A stretch of 64,000 nucleotides of DNA from Octopus sinensis (lineage: Eukaryota). Position numbers and translations under genes: made by a program. The stretch lies in the NCBI RefSeq assembly GCF_006345805.1, contig NC_043007.1:53630001-53694000 (forward strand). The letters are read 5' to 3'. A model generated the notes under the pieces. That model was given only the letters and a program-made list of their open reading frames with translations, was not told the origin of the DNA and searched no databases. Of this stretch, positions 11,576 through 25,295 are shown piece by piece. Position 1 is the stretch's first letter. Every line of letters starts with the position of its first letter.

Positions 11576-11849
11576 GCATATATATATATATATACATATA
11601 TGTATATTATTTCTATAGCTCCTCTTACTTATCGATGTCTAAGATAAATTTAGCTCACGCATCTCCCCTAAATCTGCAACATATCTCTCTTTCAATTATG
11701 TCTCTTAATACCTACAACGAAGTATACCTTCTCCAAGAGATGAGATGCGCCCCTTCATGGCTGCTAGTTTTCGTGGTGCCTCCGCCACCTTTACTGGAAG
11801 TCCCAATTTTGTTATCCTTGGTTGTCTCCCATGAACACTTCTAAAGGCT

Positions 11850-14800
11850 TACACCACCCCCACCCCTACTATACAATGTTGTGATCATACAGTGGCAAAA
11901 TATGATAGTGTAGTGTACGCGGTTTGAACTTGAGTCTATTGTTTGTCTATGAATCCTGCCAAATGCGAGTTTTCTTTTCAGGTACATGAAGCTACTGTCC
12001 CTCGTCCCAAGGTTCCTAGGGCCTATACCTCCCACACCCTCAGGGTTGGCCTCCTCAACGTCAGCACACTGAAAGGTAGGTCTGGCGAGATTGTTGATAT
12101 GTTTGAACGGAGATGTGTCGATATGTGCTGCATCCACGAAGTGAGGTGGAGAAGAGGTTCTGCTAGGTTCCTCACAAGCAAAAAACATAGGTACAAGATT
12201 TTCTGGGCTGGTAACACTGACGAGGTCGGGGGTGTGGGTATACTTCTCGTTGAAAAATGGGTAGATAAGGTAATTGAGGTAGTCAGAGTATGCGACAGAA
12301 TACTTAAGATTAGATTAGTGGTTCATCATGGGTTAGCAACTATTATATCAGCCTATACCCGATGGACAGAACGACTGATTCTATGACACCCTACTGCAGA
12401 CTACCTCGTTGACGAATGACAGGGACCTTCTCTTTGTGGCTGGTGACTTCAATTGGCATGTTGGACAACATGCTGGGGGCTTCCATGGAGGCTACGGTTA
12501 TGGTTCCCGCAACGAGGAGGGAACCAGGCTGCTGAAGTTCTGCGATGCGAATGATCTTATGGTTTGCAACACTAACTTCAGGAAACTTACTAGTCACCTA
12601 CCGATCGGGCCGACATACTAGCCAAATTGACTACATCCTTGCTAGAAAAAGGGAAAGATGGCTGCTTATAAATGCCAAAATCTTCCCAGGCGAAGAATGT
12701 ACCCCACAACACAGACTGGTAGTTAGTGACTTTAGGATCAGGACTAAGAGGACGACCAGAAGATGACCAACATGGAGAAGAAGGGTCTGGAGATTTAAAG
12801 ATCCTGCAAATGGACAGAGATTTAGAGACATATTACTTGAAGCCTTTGACAAAATAGAAGGGGATATAGCTTCACATGGGGTAGAGGACAACTGGAGGTT
12901 TCTAAGGGACAACCACAGATCTGGTCAGTGGCTGGTGCAAAGTCCCCTCAAGACCCAAAATAACGTGGTGGTGGAACAATATTGTTGACAGGGCTATTAG
13001 ACAAAAGAAACAGGCTTGGAAGGACTGGAAGAACGGTGGTAGCAGGGAAGTGTATCAGACTGCCAGAAGGGTAGCTAGGAGGCAGGTGTATTTAGCCAGA
13101 GAGGAAGCAGATAAGAAAAAACTTGCCAACGTTCTGCACCATGAGGACGAAAGACTTGAGTTATTTTATGCTGCAAGACAGTGTGTGAGAGAGAATCATG
13201 ATGTGGTAGGAGAGAAATGTGTTTGCATGGATGATAGTTCACTTGCAAAAAATGAGGATGCAAAGAGAGTGGTTTGGAGACACCACTATGAAAGGTTGCT
13301 GAATAAAGAAAATGCATTTGGATAAAGAGAGTCTACTGAATGTCGACCCAACAGGGGGACCAGCTATCCATGTCGACAGTTCCTTGGTAGTCAAGGCAAT
13401 TAGAAGCGTGAAGACAGGGAAAGTCCCAGGCCCATCAGAAATTACTGCAGAGATGCTCAAAATATCTGGCAGTGTCAGCTACAGCCTAGTCACCCATATA
13501 GTTAACCAGGTGATACACGAAGGAGTCGTACCCAATGACTGGTGTAGCAGCATAATAGTTAACTGCTACAAAGGTAAAGGTGACACCCTAGATACAAATA
13601 ATTACAGAGGTATCAAGCTGTTGGATCAGATAATGAAGGTTACGGAGAGGGTCATAGCCCAACTGATTAGGGAGAGAGTCAACTTGGATGAGATGCACTT
13701 TGGATTCGTGCCAGGGAAAAGCACCACTGATGCCATATTTCTGGTAAGACAGCTACAGGAGAAATACCTAGCCAAAGATAAGCCCCTGTACCTGGCTTTT
13801 GTTGAGATGGAGAAAGCCTTTGACAGGGTTCCCTGATCCCTTATCTGGTGGTCAATGAGGAAACTAGGGATAGATAAATATTTAGTGAGAGCTGTGCAAG
13901 CCATGTACAGGGACGCTCTAAGTAAGATAAGGGTTGGCAATTCAAGGTAGAGGTAGGGGTCCACCAGGGTTCAGTCCTCAGCCCCCTCCTATTTATCATA
14001 GTCCTCTAGGCAATAACAGAGGAATTCCAGACAGGATGCCACTGGGAGCTCCTCTATGCTGATGACCTTGCCCTAATTGCTGAGTCACTATCAGAACTAG
14101 AAGAGAAGTTTCAAGTGTGGAAAGAAGGATTAGAATCGAAGGGCCTTAGAATCAACCTAATAAGTAGGAAGGTAGCCAAACCACAAATCCCTTCAGGTAG
14201 ATGGCCCTGCTCGATCTGTAGTAGAAGTGTAGGTACAAACTCTATAAGATGTACCCAGTGTAAGCTATGGATACACAAGAGGTGCACTAATATCAATGGA
14301 AGGCTAACTTGGAAGATAGTTTTTGTATGTGGCAGATGCTCGGGAGCGATAAACACTGAAAATGTGCAGAGACCAACTTCTGCCACATTCCAGGGAGAAA
14401 AACTAGAAGTAGTTGATAGCTTCTGTTATCTAGGTGACCAAATCAGTAGCGGAGGAGGGTGCACTGAAAGTGTAGCTGCTAGAATAAGAATAGCTTGGGC
14501 AAAGTTCAGGGAGCTCTTACCTCTGCTGGTGACTACGGGCCTCTCACTCAGAGTAAAAGTTAGACTGTATGATGCATGTGTACAAACAGCCATGCTACAC
14601 GGATATGCATAAGCTCGCAAGGAATGAAGCTAGTATGATCCGATAGATGTGTAATGTCAGTGTGCATACTCAACAGAGTGTAAGTACCTTGAGAGAAAAG
14701 TTGGACCTAAGAAGCATCAGATGTGGTGTGCAAGAGAGATGACTGCATTGGTATGGTCATGTGGTGAGAATGGATGAGGATAGCCGTGTCAAAAAGTGCC

Positions 14801-15622
14801 ACACCCTCGCCGTTGAGGGAACCTGTGGAAGAGGTAGACCCAGGAAGACCTGGGATGAAGTGGTGAAGCATGACCTTCAAACATTAGGCCTCACCAAGGA
14901 AATGACAAGCGACCGAGACCTTTGGAAATATGCTGTGCTCGAGAAGACCCAGCAAGCCAGATGAAACCATAACCCGTGGCCTATGCCAGGGGCATAACCG
15001 GCCCGCCTATGCATAGCTTTTCCTTCTTTGGTCACTAAACTTTGCTTGCGAAGACCTGTTGTGGCAAGTGTAATCAAAATCAAATCAAAATCAAAATCAT
15101 TTCGATGACTGGCATCCATGCTAGCGGGGTGCAAAGAGCACCATACGAGTGTGATCATTGACAGAGAGGCTATTCGAGTATGATCGTTACCAGCATCGCC
15201 TTACTGGCACTTATGCCTGTGCTAGTAGGGTGCCAAGAACATCATCCAAGCGTGATCGTTGTGATCGTTGCCAGAGCAACCAACTGGCTTCTGTACCCCT
15301 GGCATGTAAAAGGGCACCATTTCGAGCGTGATCGTTACCAACGTCGCTTCAGTGGCACCTGTGTCGGTGGCACGTTTAAAAGATTCAAGCGAGGTCATTG
15401 CCAGTACCGCCTGACTGGCCCCCGTGCATGTGGCACATAAAAAGCACCCACTACACTCTCGGAATGGTTGGTATTAGGAAGGGCATCCAGCTGTAGAAAC
15501 TCTGCCAGATCAAGACTGGAGCCTGGTGCAGGCATCTGGTTGCCATCCCTAAGTCAAAACCGTCCAACCCATGCTAGCAAGGAAAGTGGAAATTAAACGA
15601 TAATGATGATGATGATGATGAT
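11850..15622 (+). mobile_element. RTE-clade LINE, near full length, frameshifted (APE endonuclease + RT with PHD-like finger)
   Basis: EN: LRVGLLNVSTLKG, VAGDFN, SQIDYIL. RT: NYRGIKLL, HFGFVPGKST, AFVEMEKAFDRV, YADD-type region at ~14053-14070, CSIC..CTQCKLWIHKRC, GRGRPRKTW. 3' UTR ends in (GAT)n. 5' boundary approximate. Confidence 0.95.
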
Positions 15623-15645
15623 ATGTGTATATATATGTGTGTATA

Positions 15646-15778
15646 TCTCTCTATATATAAAACTGAGTATGTGTGTCTGTCTGTGGTTCCCTAAAACTTG
15701 AGAACTACACAACCAATTTCATTCAAATTTTACACATGCCTTACTTAAGGTTCGGGAAGTGTCATCGGCAAAAATAAA
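15646..15778 (+). mobile_element. Helitron 5' terminus, inverted relative to the adjacent RepHel gene
   Basis: A|TCTCTCTATATATAAAACTGAG..; ~90% identical by eye to the reverse complement of 20293-20425. Confidence 0.85.
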
Positions 15779-15874
15779 TGTGTGTGTGTGTGTGTATATT
15801 AATATAATTACATGAAAGTACATGAAGTTTGTTAAAAAAATGGGGATCATGTACATACCTCCTGGCTGTTGAGA

Positions 15875-18800
15875 TTATAACACCTCTTTGTAAACAATGT
15901 TCCTTGTTTTTCCTTGTGGAGCATATACAAAAAGGTTTCTTTTGGTTCCTACTCTTGAGCAGCCAACATATAGTTGCCCATGTGAGAAGCAGGGCTCTTC
16001 CAAGAGAAGATCAGCTACAGAGAGGGTTTGACCCTGAGATTTGTTAATGAACATGGCAAAGCTGACACGAAGGGGGATTTGCAGTCTTCTGAATGTAAAT
16101 GGAATTTCTGCTCCTGATGGAGTAAGATGAATTCTTGGAATAAAGACGTCATCACCTTTTCCACATCCAGAAAGAATGATCGCCTCGATAACATGTGACA
16201 TCATTTTCTTTATCACCAGTCGTATTCCATTGCAAAGTCTTGGTGGTTCCAGATTGCGGAGTAGCATTACAGGAGTTCCAACTTTAAGTGCTAATATGTG
16301 TGGAGGTAGTCCAGGAGGCTCCAGTGAATTGAGAAATTCAGGAGGATAGTTCACAACTTCATTTATATCTGGAATTGTATCAACAGACTTGTAAGTGTGT
16401 ATAGTGCCAGGAAGAGAATGCATTAGCTGTTGATTAATTTTGTTAACAGCGACGTTTTTTGGAGCTAATATTGCTCTTTCACACAGCCAATTGTGATTTT
16501 GGTAGTTTTGTGTGAAGTTGGGAAAGACTTTGTTTTTGAGGTCATCTACAGAATTAACAACAGAGGGAAATGACCACACTTCCATTTGTCCTGCAGCATT
16601 GAGAGGCATCTTGCCTTCACCAAGTGTCAGAATGTCCTGTGAAAACTTTGTGGACATTTTGCCACCGTGTAGCTGAGCTCTCATGTTAGTGGTGAGACTG
16701 AGGATAGTAACATGATGCCACAAGGTAGAGGACTTTAGACATGCTTGGACTTCCTCTGCTCTAGTGCCTTTCGGAATGACAGGAAGAGTTTGCCTGAAAT
16801 CACCTGACAACAGAAGCGTTACACCTCCCATTGGAGCCTGACAGTCTCAGATGTCTTTCAGGGCTCTATCTAATGCTTCCAAAGCTCCCTTGTGAGCCCT
16901 TGAGTATCGTAGGTTGTTTCACGAATGACAGCAGTGGGAAGGCTATTTGACCCTGACCTGAATGCTTGTGGCAGGCCATACGTCGACAATTCATTTCCAC
17001 CCAGTTTAGCAATTCTGTCTTCAATGTCAATGAGTGTTTTGTTATAGATTTTATTGCTGATACCCTCCATGTTAGGACAGAGCAGTTGAGCTTGGCGCTG
17101 AAAGTCTTCAGCCAGGTTGTCTCTATATTTGAGCCATAGAGTGGCCGGATCACACAGTAGTAATACTGCAAATAGTGCCCTGAGACTTTTAGGTGATTGT
17201 GATAAAGCAGCCTCTCCTAAAGTTGCATCCCATTGTGCACCATCTTCTAACAGACCTTGTCGATAGCAAGCTTCTCTGTATGTTGTGCAAACATGTCCAT
17301 GAACGGTTTTTAGGGCCTGGAAAGACGTTGGCCCTCTGACTTCATGCAGTAGTAGACGAAGGTAGAAGCACTCTTGTTGAGTGGGATGCACTGTGTATAC
17401 TCACGCAAGGCAAGTGTGAAACTTAATGCCAGGGTATTCATGAACATTTTGACCTTTCCGTGGGGCCCATTGTTTTCCATTCCAAGTGTAGTACGATGGA
17501 ATCTGTGGTTGTGGATACAGCAAGGTTTGAGCGAATGGATCCACTTGACAAAGCTTGAAGAATGCAGTGAGTGTGCTATCCCTTGGTTCCTCTGCTAACA
17601 AGAGTAGCATTAGCATCGGTGAAGTACACTGCTAGCTGTTGAATGGCGGGGTGTCGTTGGTTAATTGGAAAGCTAAAGATGCACCAGAAAGCCTCGTTGC
17701 TACTTATGTACCGTCCCACCTGATAATGCATCACCTCATCCTGGCAGCATTCTTGTTGAAGTCCAAACATTGCAGCATCAGAACCCTTGTTTACATATTT
17801 GAAAACTTACTTGATGGATTTAATGGAGTTGCAAAACTCAACGTTGATGTGGGCATTGAAAGTCTTTGACAGGAGTGGGCAGTATTGAACAATCCATCTA
17901 TTATCAATATTGTGCTGTCCGATAGTTGCTGTGAAACCTCCGTCTTCTGGTTTTCTGCATCTGTATGATGGATACCCATCAGCACCTGTTTGAGTTTCTT
18001 GTAGGAACCTCCTTGGAAATCTTTTTGAACATATGCTGTCCTTCAAGCATGGTGAGTTTATGTTGAATCCACGCCCACATGGACCATGTGCCATGTTTGC
18101 TTTAACTATTTCGTATAGTTCTTTGTCTAAAGCTGGATCAGGAAGCTCTGCAGAGATTATCTTGTCGATGTCATTAGAATTGATCTTCGCTGAGAGCCAA
18201 AGCAGGATATGAGAATGTGGAAGGCCCCTTTTTTGCCACTCGATTGTGTACATGTCACATTGTATGGGCCCAAAGACTTGCCCTTTTTATATGAGCTCCA
18301 TGAGAGAGATTAACTTCAGATGGAAAACTCGGGCGAGGAGGTCATGCCTGTCTTTAGGCTTTTGACTGAAGAAGAGTTTGGCCTGAATCTCCTTCCACTA
18401 GGGATTGCATGTGAAAGTTATGAATAGGTCAGGCCTGCCGTAATGGCGGACAAAGGTCATTGCATCCTGTGTTCTTTCCTACATGTATCGGGGACTTCCA
18501 GTGAATGTAGAAGGCAAGATGCAAAGTGTTCCTATGTTTGTTGGAGCAGCATCATTGTTGATGGCATCTCGGAGATGGATGTAGCTGTCAGATCGCAATT
18601 TTTTTTTATGTAACCTGATGAAACACAATCTCTCTGATTCCATTTTTGTGCACATATCGACTGCAAATTGAGGAAACAGCTCTCGAGACTGGTGGAGGTG
18701 ATTACAGCAGTTGTTTCGGGTCATAAATCTGTATGAGTAGAAGTCCATGCAGGATATTGGCTTGTTAAGATGTTCATTAAGATTTTGAGGATGTTGCTGT

Positions 18801-19274
18801 AGTAGACCGATGTGGTAGCCATCCTCACCATTAACAAACAGAAGTGGGTATTGGAGTGAATCGTATGATCTGTGTTTCACTAATTCGTTGGAGGGTGGTG
18901 TCACGTTGCCTGAGGACAATGTCTCTGGGATTGTACTGTTCACTGTGAAGGAGTACAGCTATTTCATTGCATGTGGGTGCATTGTAATGGCCTGCATGTT
19001 CCCTAGATGGTCTTTTCTACGCATCAATGATAACATTAAAATCTGATGAATCTTCTGTTTCCAAGGTATACTTGAAGCTGCGTACGTAGCTGTTTTTCTG
19101 GTGCAACAGGTCTTGCAGTTGCATTATCAAGTGAAAGTTAGTACCTGTGGAAATGGAATTTCGTTGGGTGGCTTGTTCATGTAAATTACCTATAAAGTAC
19201 AGTTGAAGGAATTGAGGATCTTGATTTTCAGCAGGTTCGAGTGATCCTATCCTATGGTAAACCTGTCCCTGCAA
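15875..19274 (-). pseudogene. Helitron Rep/Pif1 helicase pseudogene (frameshifts, stops, Walker A/B region deleted)
   Basis: GQVYHRIGSL, KHRSYDSLQYPLLF, PSTFTGSPRYM, EWQKRGLPHSHILLW (HUH), ECFYLRLLL, LLSGDFRQTLPV, ILAPKN, FLNSLEPPGLPPH, NKSQGQTL, FSHGQLYVGCSRV. Deletion junction near 16871. Confidence 0.95.
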
Positions 19275-19395
19275 AAGGCTTTTGTTGGTCTGAGGCTACA
19301 GCAGAAGACACATGCCAAGTCACCACACAGTGGGACTAAACCCAGGACCATGTGTTTGGAACGTAGTTTGTTACCACACAGCCACACCTGCCCCT
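19270..19395 (-). mobile_element. SINE family B 5' fragment
   Basis: Homologous to 4165-4283. Confidence 0.75.
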
Positions 19396-20427
19396 ATGTA
19401 TGTGTGTGTGTGTGTGTGCGTATGTGTGTATGTGTAGATATATTATGCATGTATATATGTGTTTATATATATGTGTACATATTACATGTACATCTATATA
19501 TATACATCTACACATAAAATACAAAATACAAAGTTATATCTTGATATCGCTAGTGATAACAATACTCAAAATATATAACAGACTGGAATTGTAGGCCCGT
19601 CTTCTTGCAATTTCGATCAGTTGGATCTTGTCCTCCCTCTTGTATAGAAGTGTACGGCTGCAGCGAAATTCATTTTTGGACTTTCTTCTATCGAAGGCAT
19701 TTTAACAAATATGCTTCCGTAAAGACGGTGAAAATATTTTCAACTTCCCCAAACAGGGACACAATTCAATTTTTAAACAATAACCAAAGCCCCTTTTCCA
19801 AAAGGGGGAGGGTTATGGTTTACAATTATTTAATAAATGCAACACAACAACGTTTCCCTGACGAGGAACCAACAAACGTGATTACAATAGTCAAACAGTA
19901 ATAATAATAACAACAAACCTTTTTAATTTATCCTCATTTATGTGAAACCACTTATTCAATTTCAAGTCATTGATGCAATTTTATACGAATTGCTAATACA
20001 CACACACATAATAAGGGTGAAAAATTGAATATTAATTTGATTAATATGAATTGAAAACCAGTGGTGTAGCATATAAGACCATAGCGGATCTTCTTCTAGC
20101 AAAATGGATGACCACTGTTAATGGTTCATCCATGATATATAATACTTTCACTTTATTAGTTTCAGTATTAAAGTGAAAGTGTCTGCATTACAATAGAGAG
20201 ATGTTTTTGTTTCACTTTTAACACGTAATACTGAAATAGTGGAGAAGATATGATATTGCTGTGGGGTTGCTCTAGGGAAAAAGTTAAAATTTGTTTTGCC
20301 GATGACACTCCCCGGACCCTAAGTAAGGCATGTGTAAAATTTGAATGAAATTGGTTGTGTAGTTCTCAAGTTTTAGGGAAACACACAGACAGACGGACAC
20401 ATTCTCAGTTTTATATATATAGAGATA

Positions 20428-21980
20428 CTAGCATTATGACCCGTCGTTGCCAGGTCATAGTGCTAGTGCATATATATATATGTGTACATATTACATGTAC
20501 ATCTATATATATACATCTACACATAAAATACAAAATACAAAGCTATATTTTGATATCGCTAGTGATAACAATACTCAAAATATATAACAGACTGGAATTG
20601 TAGGCCCGTCTCTTGCAATTTCAATCAATTATATCTTGTCCTCCCTCTTGTATAGAAGTGTGGCTACAATCCAGCCTACCTCTACTTCTAGGGGGACATT
20701 TTAAATTTTTATCCGGGACGTCCTATGTCCCAGATATGAAGGTAAAAATAAAATATTTCCACTTTGCAAGATTCGAGTTGAGTACTCCCTTGCATGCTCC
20801 GTTGACTCGAACCTTGCTTCTATTGTGGCGAATTTACTGCCTCTGGTTAGATACTTGATATCTTTCATAGTCGCACCAAGACACTTTTCGATGGTGCTTT
20901 CCTCCAGGTGTTCAAATCTTTTTTTCTCTACATTGTATACTTTATAGACAATAGTCTTTTCTTTAATTTAATTTTTTATTTCGTTTGGTGGTGTTATCCT
21001 AGATTCACCGTCTTTGTCAGTGATCAATCCATATTTCTTCCATTTTAATTTCAATGAGTTCGCACCCACCGATGGCTGCAGCGAAATTCATTTTTGGACT
21101 GTCTTCTATCGAAGGCATTCTAATAAAAATACTTCCGTGTAAACGGTGAAACTATTGTCAGTTTCCCCAAACAGGGACACAATTCAATTTTTAAACAATA
21201 ACCAAAGCTCCTTCTCCTAAAGGGGGAAGGTTACAGTTTACAATTATTTAACAAATGCAACACAACAATGTTTCATTTACGAGGAACCAACAAACGTGAC
21301 AACAATAGTTAAACAATAATAATAACAACAAACCTTACGATGAGTCAGAAAGCAGTAAGCAGTTGAAGCTTTAGTCCTTTATGTATAAGAAATAAACCAA
21401 CAGCAGTACTCCGTAGATCCGGCTGTTCGAGAAAACAGATATTACATACAGCTAAACTTCATATAGATACTTAATGCTAGCTAATTAGCAGATAATCTAA
21501 TGTAAAAGCACAGCTCCATCTGGACTATTCCATTTCTGCACGCTAATTTTATTTTTAATTTATTCCCATTCATGTGAAACCACTTATTCAAGTTCAAGTC
21601 ATTGAGGCAATTTTATACCAATTGCTATTTTTACTTTTGTTATGTTACGATTATATTATACTTTAGTTTGATTTTAATTATTACTTACTACATATAATTC
21701 AATTGTTATTATTATTTTTATTGTTAAAGTGAAAGTATCTGACATAAAATAGAGAAATGTTTTTGTTTCGCTTTTAACACGTAATACTGAAACAGTGGAG
21801 AAGATATGATATTGCTATGGGCTCGCTCTAGGCAAGAAGTTGAACATTTTTTTTGTCCATGAAACTACATGGACCCTAAGTAAGGCATGTGTAAAATTTG
21901 AATGAAATTGGTTGTGTAGTTCTCAAGTTTTAGGGAAACACACAGACAGACACACATTCTCAGTTTTATATATATAGAGA
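20428..21980 (-). mobile_element. Complete non-autonomous Helitron (~1.55 kb), head-to-tail with the next Helitron
   Basis: 5' A|TCTCTATATATATAAAACTGAG at 21980; 3' hairpin ACTAGCACTATGACC..GGTCATAATGCTAG|T ending at 20428. Confidence 0.8.
20620..21118 (-). pseudogene. Captured ORF fragment resembling a non-LTR (L1/Tx1-like) ORF1
   Basis: MPSIEDSPKMNFAAA..KTIVYKVYNVEKKRFEHLEESTIEKCL..RGSKFATIEARF..LFLPSYLGHRTSRIKI*NVPLEV. Family assignment is recognition-based inference. Confidence 0.45.
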
Positions 21981-22309
21981 TATATAAAACAAAAAGTGTG
22001 AGACATAAAATAGCTTACAAGGGGATGCAGAAAAGTTCTTGGCTTTGGGTAAAAGGAAATAGAGGAGGATTAGTTGATTATGATTTTATTCAATATATTC
22101 CCCTCTCAGATTCACACACTTATTGCAGTGTATATAGCACTCTATATGCTTTACTTTTATGTATTCAGTTTATTACTCCTGTCTGCACCAACAAACCTGT
22201 GTGTGTGCTTGTGTGAGTGTGTGTGTGTAGATAGATAGATAGATATGCATGTATGTATATGATTAAACAGACTCCAAAGAGGTTGGTATTGGCTTGCATC
22301 AGCAAGATT

Positions 22310-22352
<43 letters not shown>

Positions 22353-22521
22353 CGTGTGTGTGTGTGTATGACAACAAAATGTACTTGTACATTTGTATTT
22401 ACCAGCCAAAATACCTCATATTGAATAGGGGTAAAGATGTGAATCAATAGTGGCATGGCCTTGTATTTAGGTAACTTTGTAGACTCTGTTTTAAATCTAA
22501 AAGAAATGAAACCACACTAAC

Positions 22522-22650
22522 AAGTTTCTCAACAGATCAGGACCACCTGGACTGTCGTCTCACATTCTCTAACTGAAGAAAAGATACTTAATTATTCTTT
22601 GGCAGAACTTAGATGCACCACACTGATGCAGTGGTACAAGTTTGGTCTGC
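22522..22650 (+). pseudogene. Old Helitron Pif1 helicase fragment
   Basis: KFLNRSGPPGLSSHIL*LKKRYLIILWQNLDAPH*CSG aligns by eye with EFLNSLEPPGLPPHILALKVGTPVMLLRNLEPPRLCNG in the RepHel of this window. Confidence 0.6.
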
Positions 22651-23199
22651 CTACTGTGCAAATATTTTTAGCAAAGTCTTGGATAAATACTTCACATATT
22701 TTTGATATATTTTATGTCTTTATTTTTCAAAAAATTCTTTGGTTTTCTATTTTTTAAAACACCAAAGATTGCAATTCTGCAAATAAAATGTTTTTGAAAA
22801 TTACAAGTTTGAAACAACAATAGCTTTTAGATTCTCAAAATTTTTTATGGGAGCATCTACTTTTGTAATTCTACACAAAAAATATGGCTTGGGTAACGGG
22901 TTGGGGTTAGGATTTAGTATCAGGGCTTAGTATTAGGGTTTAGGTTTTATATATAAGCTTAAGGTTGAAATTTAGAGTGAGGGTCTAAGAGTAAGTGCTT
23001 AAGATGAGGTTTCATAGTTAGAGTAAGTTTAGAGTTTCAGGTTAGAGTTAAGATAAATTACTGCCATCACTGTTGCTACTGTTGTGAATGCTAGACACCA
23101 CCTCAACTTCATAGACCATAGCCTTGGAGATGCATCAACTACCCCACTGAGCACTCATTTTTAACCCTACATGAACATCATGACTCTGTGCAGGGTTTA

Positions 23200-24130
23200 G
23201 GAGTGTTCACTAAAACCTTTTAACACTGGGCGTACAGTTGAAAGAGCCCCTTAAGTTGTCTCTTAAATGATCATCTCTACCTATGGGATTGTGTGAAGTT
23301 CTTGTTCCCTTAATCTAAGGAATATCCTTTCCTCTCAGGTTTTGATGTTGAATGAGAAGGGTGGGGCAAACCAAATGACTTTACATTGGTGCTTCCTTCT
23401 GTGGGTGTTAGGTCCTGGCATAAAGGAGATGTGGTCCTTAAACTCACTGGCTGTCAGAGCCCCATTATAAAAGAGGGCTGTGGTGTCAAAAACCTCTTTA
23501 TAAGAGAACAGGTTCAAAATATTCTGACACCTTTCACTAGCTTCTTGAACATGATAGGTGGGTGGCAGGATGCTGTGTTAATGTACAACAACCTTTCATT
23601 TGGTTTGTAGTAGGGCCTGTATGAATAGGTACCGAGGTCTAGCATAACATCTAAACAGTTTACAATAGTAAGATTGATCTCAATTGTATCTTAAGGCCAA
23701 GAGAGTTAAGCATGCAAGTTAGGTTTTTTTATGTGTACACATCAGCCCATCTAGGGTGTACACATTAGTACCTCTAGAAATGGCTAAAGCATCTCCTCTG
23801 TATAAACCAAAAAGTACTGATGGGAATCTCTTCATTAAGATGTCCAGTATACATGAGGTTGCATATATCTGTACTGTGAAATGCTCCCATCCTCACATCA
23901 AAGGAGCACACTGGGTCAGCTTGTTTGACCCAGGTTGAACTTTTGTTGAACTGCTGCATTTTCCTAGTGTGCATAATTAGAATTATATTCCTATCACTAA
24001 TGTCAGAAGAATTCCCAATGTACATAAATGCCTTAACTAGTAACCCTTTCGATATAGACAGATAAAAATCTACTATATCAAATTATGTGCAATAGAGTGA
24101 AGTTCTAAAGTAACTTAGTATATATTTTTG
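23200..24130 (-). pseudogene. PLE reverse transcriptase + linker remnant
   Basis: FDIVDFYLSIS, TWVKQ..SFDVRMG, FGLYRGDAL, DVMLDL..YRPYYKPNERLLYINTASCHPP, KVIWFAPPFSFNIKT. Confidence 0.8.
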
Positions 24131-24524
24131 GTTGAAGGACTAGATAAATGTGATTGATATATGACAAATTCTCTTAATTACTATCATACAGACTTGACTG
24201 TACTTAGCAAAGTAGTTAACACTACTGATGGCATCTAAGAGTAATTTAGTCTTTTGATATTTCTAGTTGTCTTTATCAAACCAGTGTACATTTATGTTCA
24301 TTTACTTTGCAGCTCTACTATCACCACTTTGGCAAGTAAAGTGTAGTCCATAGCAGCCAGAAATTAATGTGGCCTACTGGCACAAAAGTTTTCATACATG
24401 GACAGGAAGGATGACATCATCTCCCACCTAAAGGATTTTGCCTATGCAGCATTAGTTTTTATTGGAAAAAAATAAAGTCAAATACTTTTAGAATACACCT
24501 TGTATATATTATGGCAGAGCAAGT

Positions 24525-24790
24525 GCTACAAATCATAGACTATCTCTCTGACCTTACATATTAACAAGGTCATGGAATGCATTGTCAGACGGAGGCTGAT
24601 CACATTCCTAGAAGAAAATATGTTACTCACAAACATACATCATGATTTCTGTCCTGGGAAGAGCTGACTTACATAGAATTTTTACTGGGTGCTGAAACAA
24701 CAGCTCAGCTACTCAAATATGGATGTGATGTATCTCAACTTTGCCAAGACCTTCAGCAAAGTTGATCGTAGGATATGTCAAAAAGTATAC
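24525..24790 (+). pseudogene. CR1-like RT fragment (family of 46852-50000)
   Basis: ISLTLHINKVMECIVRRRLITFLEEN..YLNFAKTFSKVD. Confidence 0.8.
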
Positions 24791-25239
24791 TTGTGGTAGC
24801 AGGAGATCTTTATGTCTTATGACTGTGTTAGTAGGTAATGTGGGTATACATTCAGAACTGTATTTCTGTATGAGGAAATGCATGCATATACATGTTTTTT
24901 TATATTACATACATGTGTTATACATCACAATTTATATTCATTATTGTCAGCATTTTAGTTAGTATCAATTAATTCATTTTATTATAATTGTCATTTTGAC
25001 ATTCTACTTGTGATACATGCTTACCTTTACAACTGTCACAATCATCATCACTATCATTACAGTAATTTTAAGATACGTTTCATATACACTACTTAATTCT
25101 GTATACATTATTTACATTTGACGGATATTTATCCTCATCTTGTTTGTTGTTAACAAATGTAAATAATGTACATAATTCCTCATCTCTTAAATATAGAACT
25201 GTATTAATTCTGTATGTGGTCCAATCCTGTAATTACTAC

Positions 25240-25271
<32 letters not shown>

Positions 25272-25295
25272 ATTATGGCCAGTCAGAGAATGACC

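Larger units (their letters stand above)
15790..20425 (-). mobile_element. Composite Helitron (5' end at 20425; canonical CTAG 3' end not found)
   Basis: 5' A|TC terminus, segment shared with 20428-21980, SINE fragment, then RepHel remnants. Confidence 0.7.

Noticed and set aside
12217-12225. Isolated CTGANGA matches (also ~18615, ~38722, ~50575)
   Set aside because: They lie in TE coding sequence or Helitron body with no GAAA/NUH and stems in register.
19855-19880. CTGACGAGGAACCAACAAACGT as a hammerhead (also 5589-5615)
   Set aside because: G12 is absent or displaced and stems I and II cannot form.
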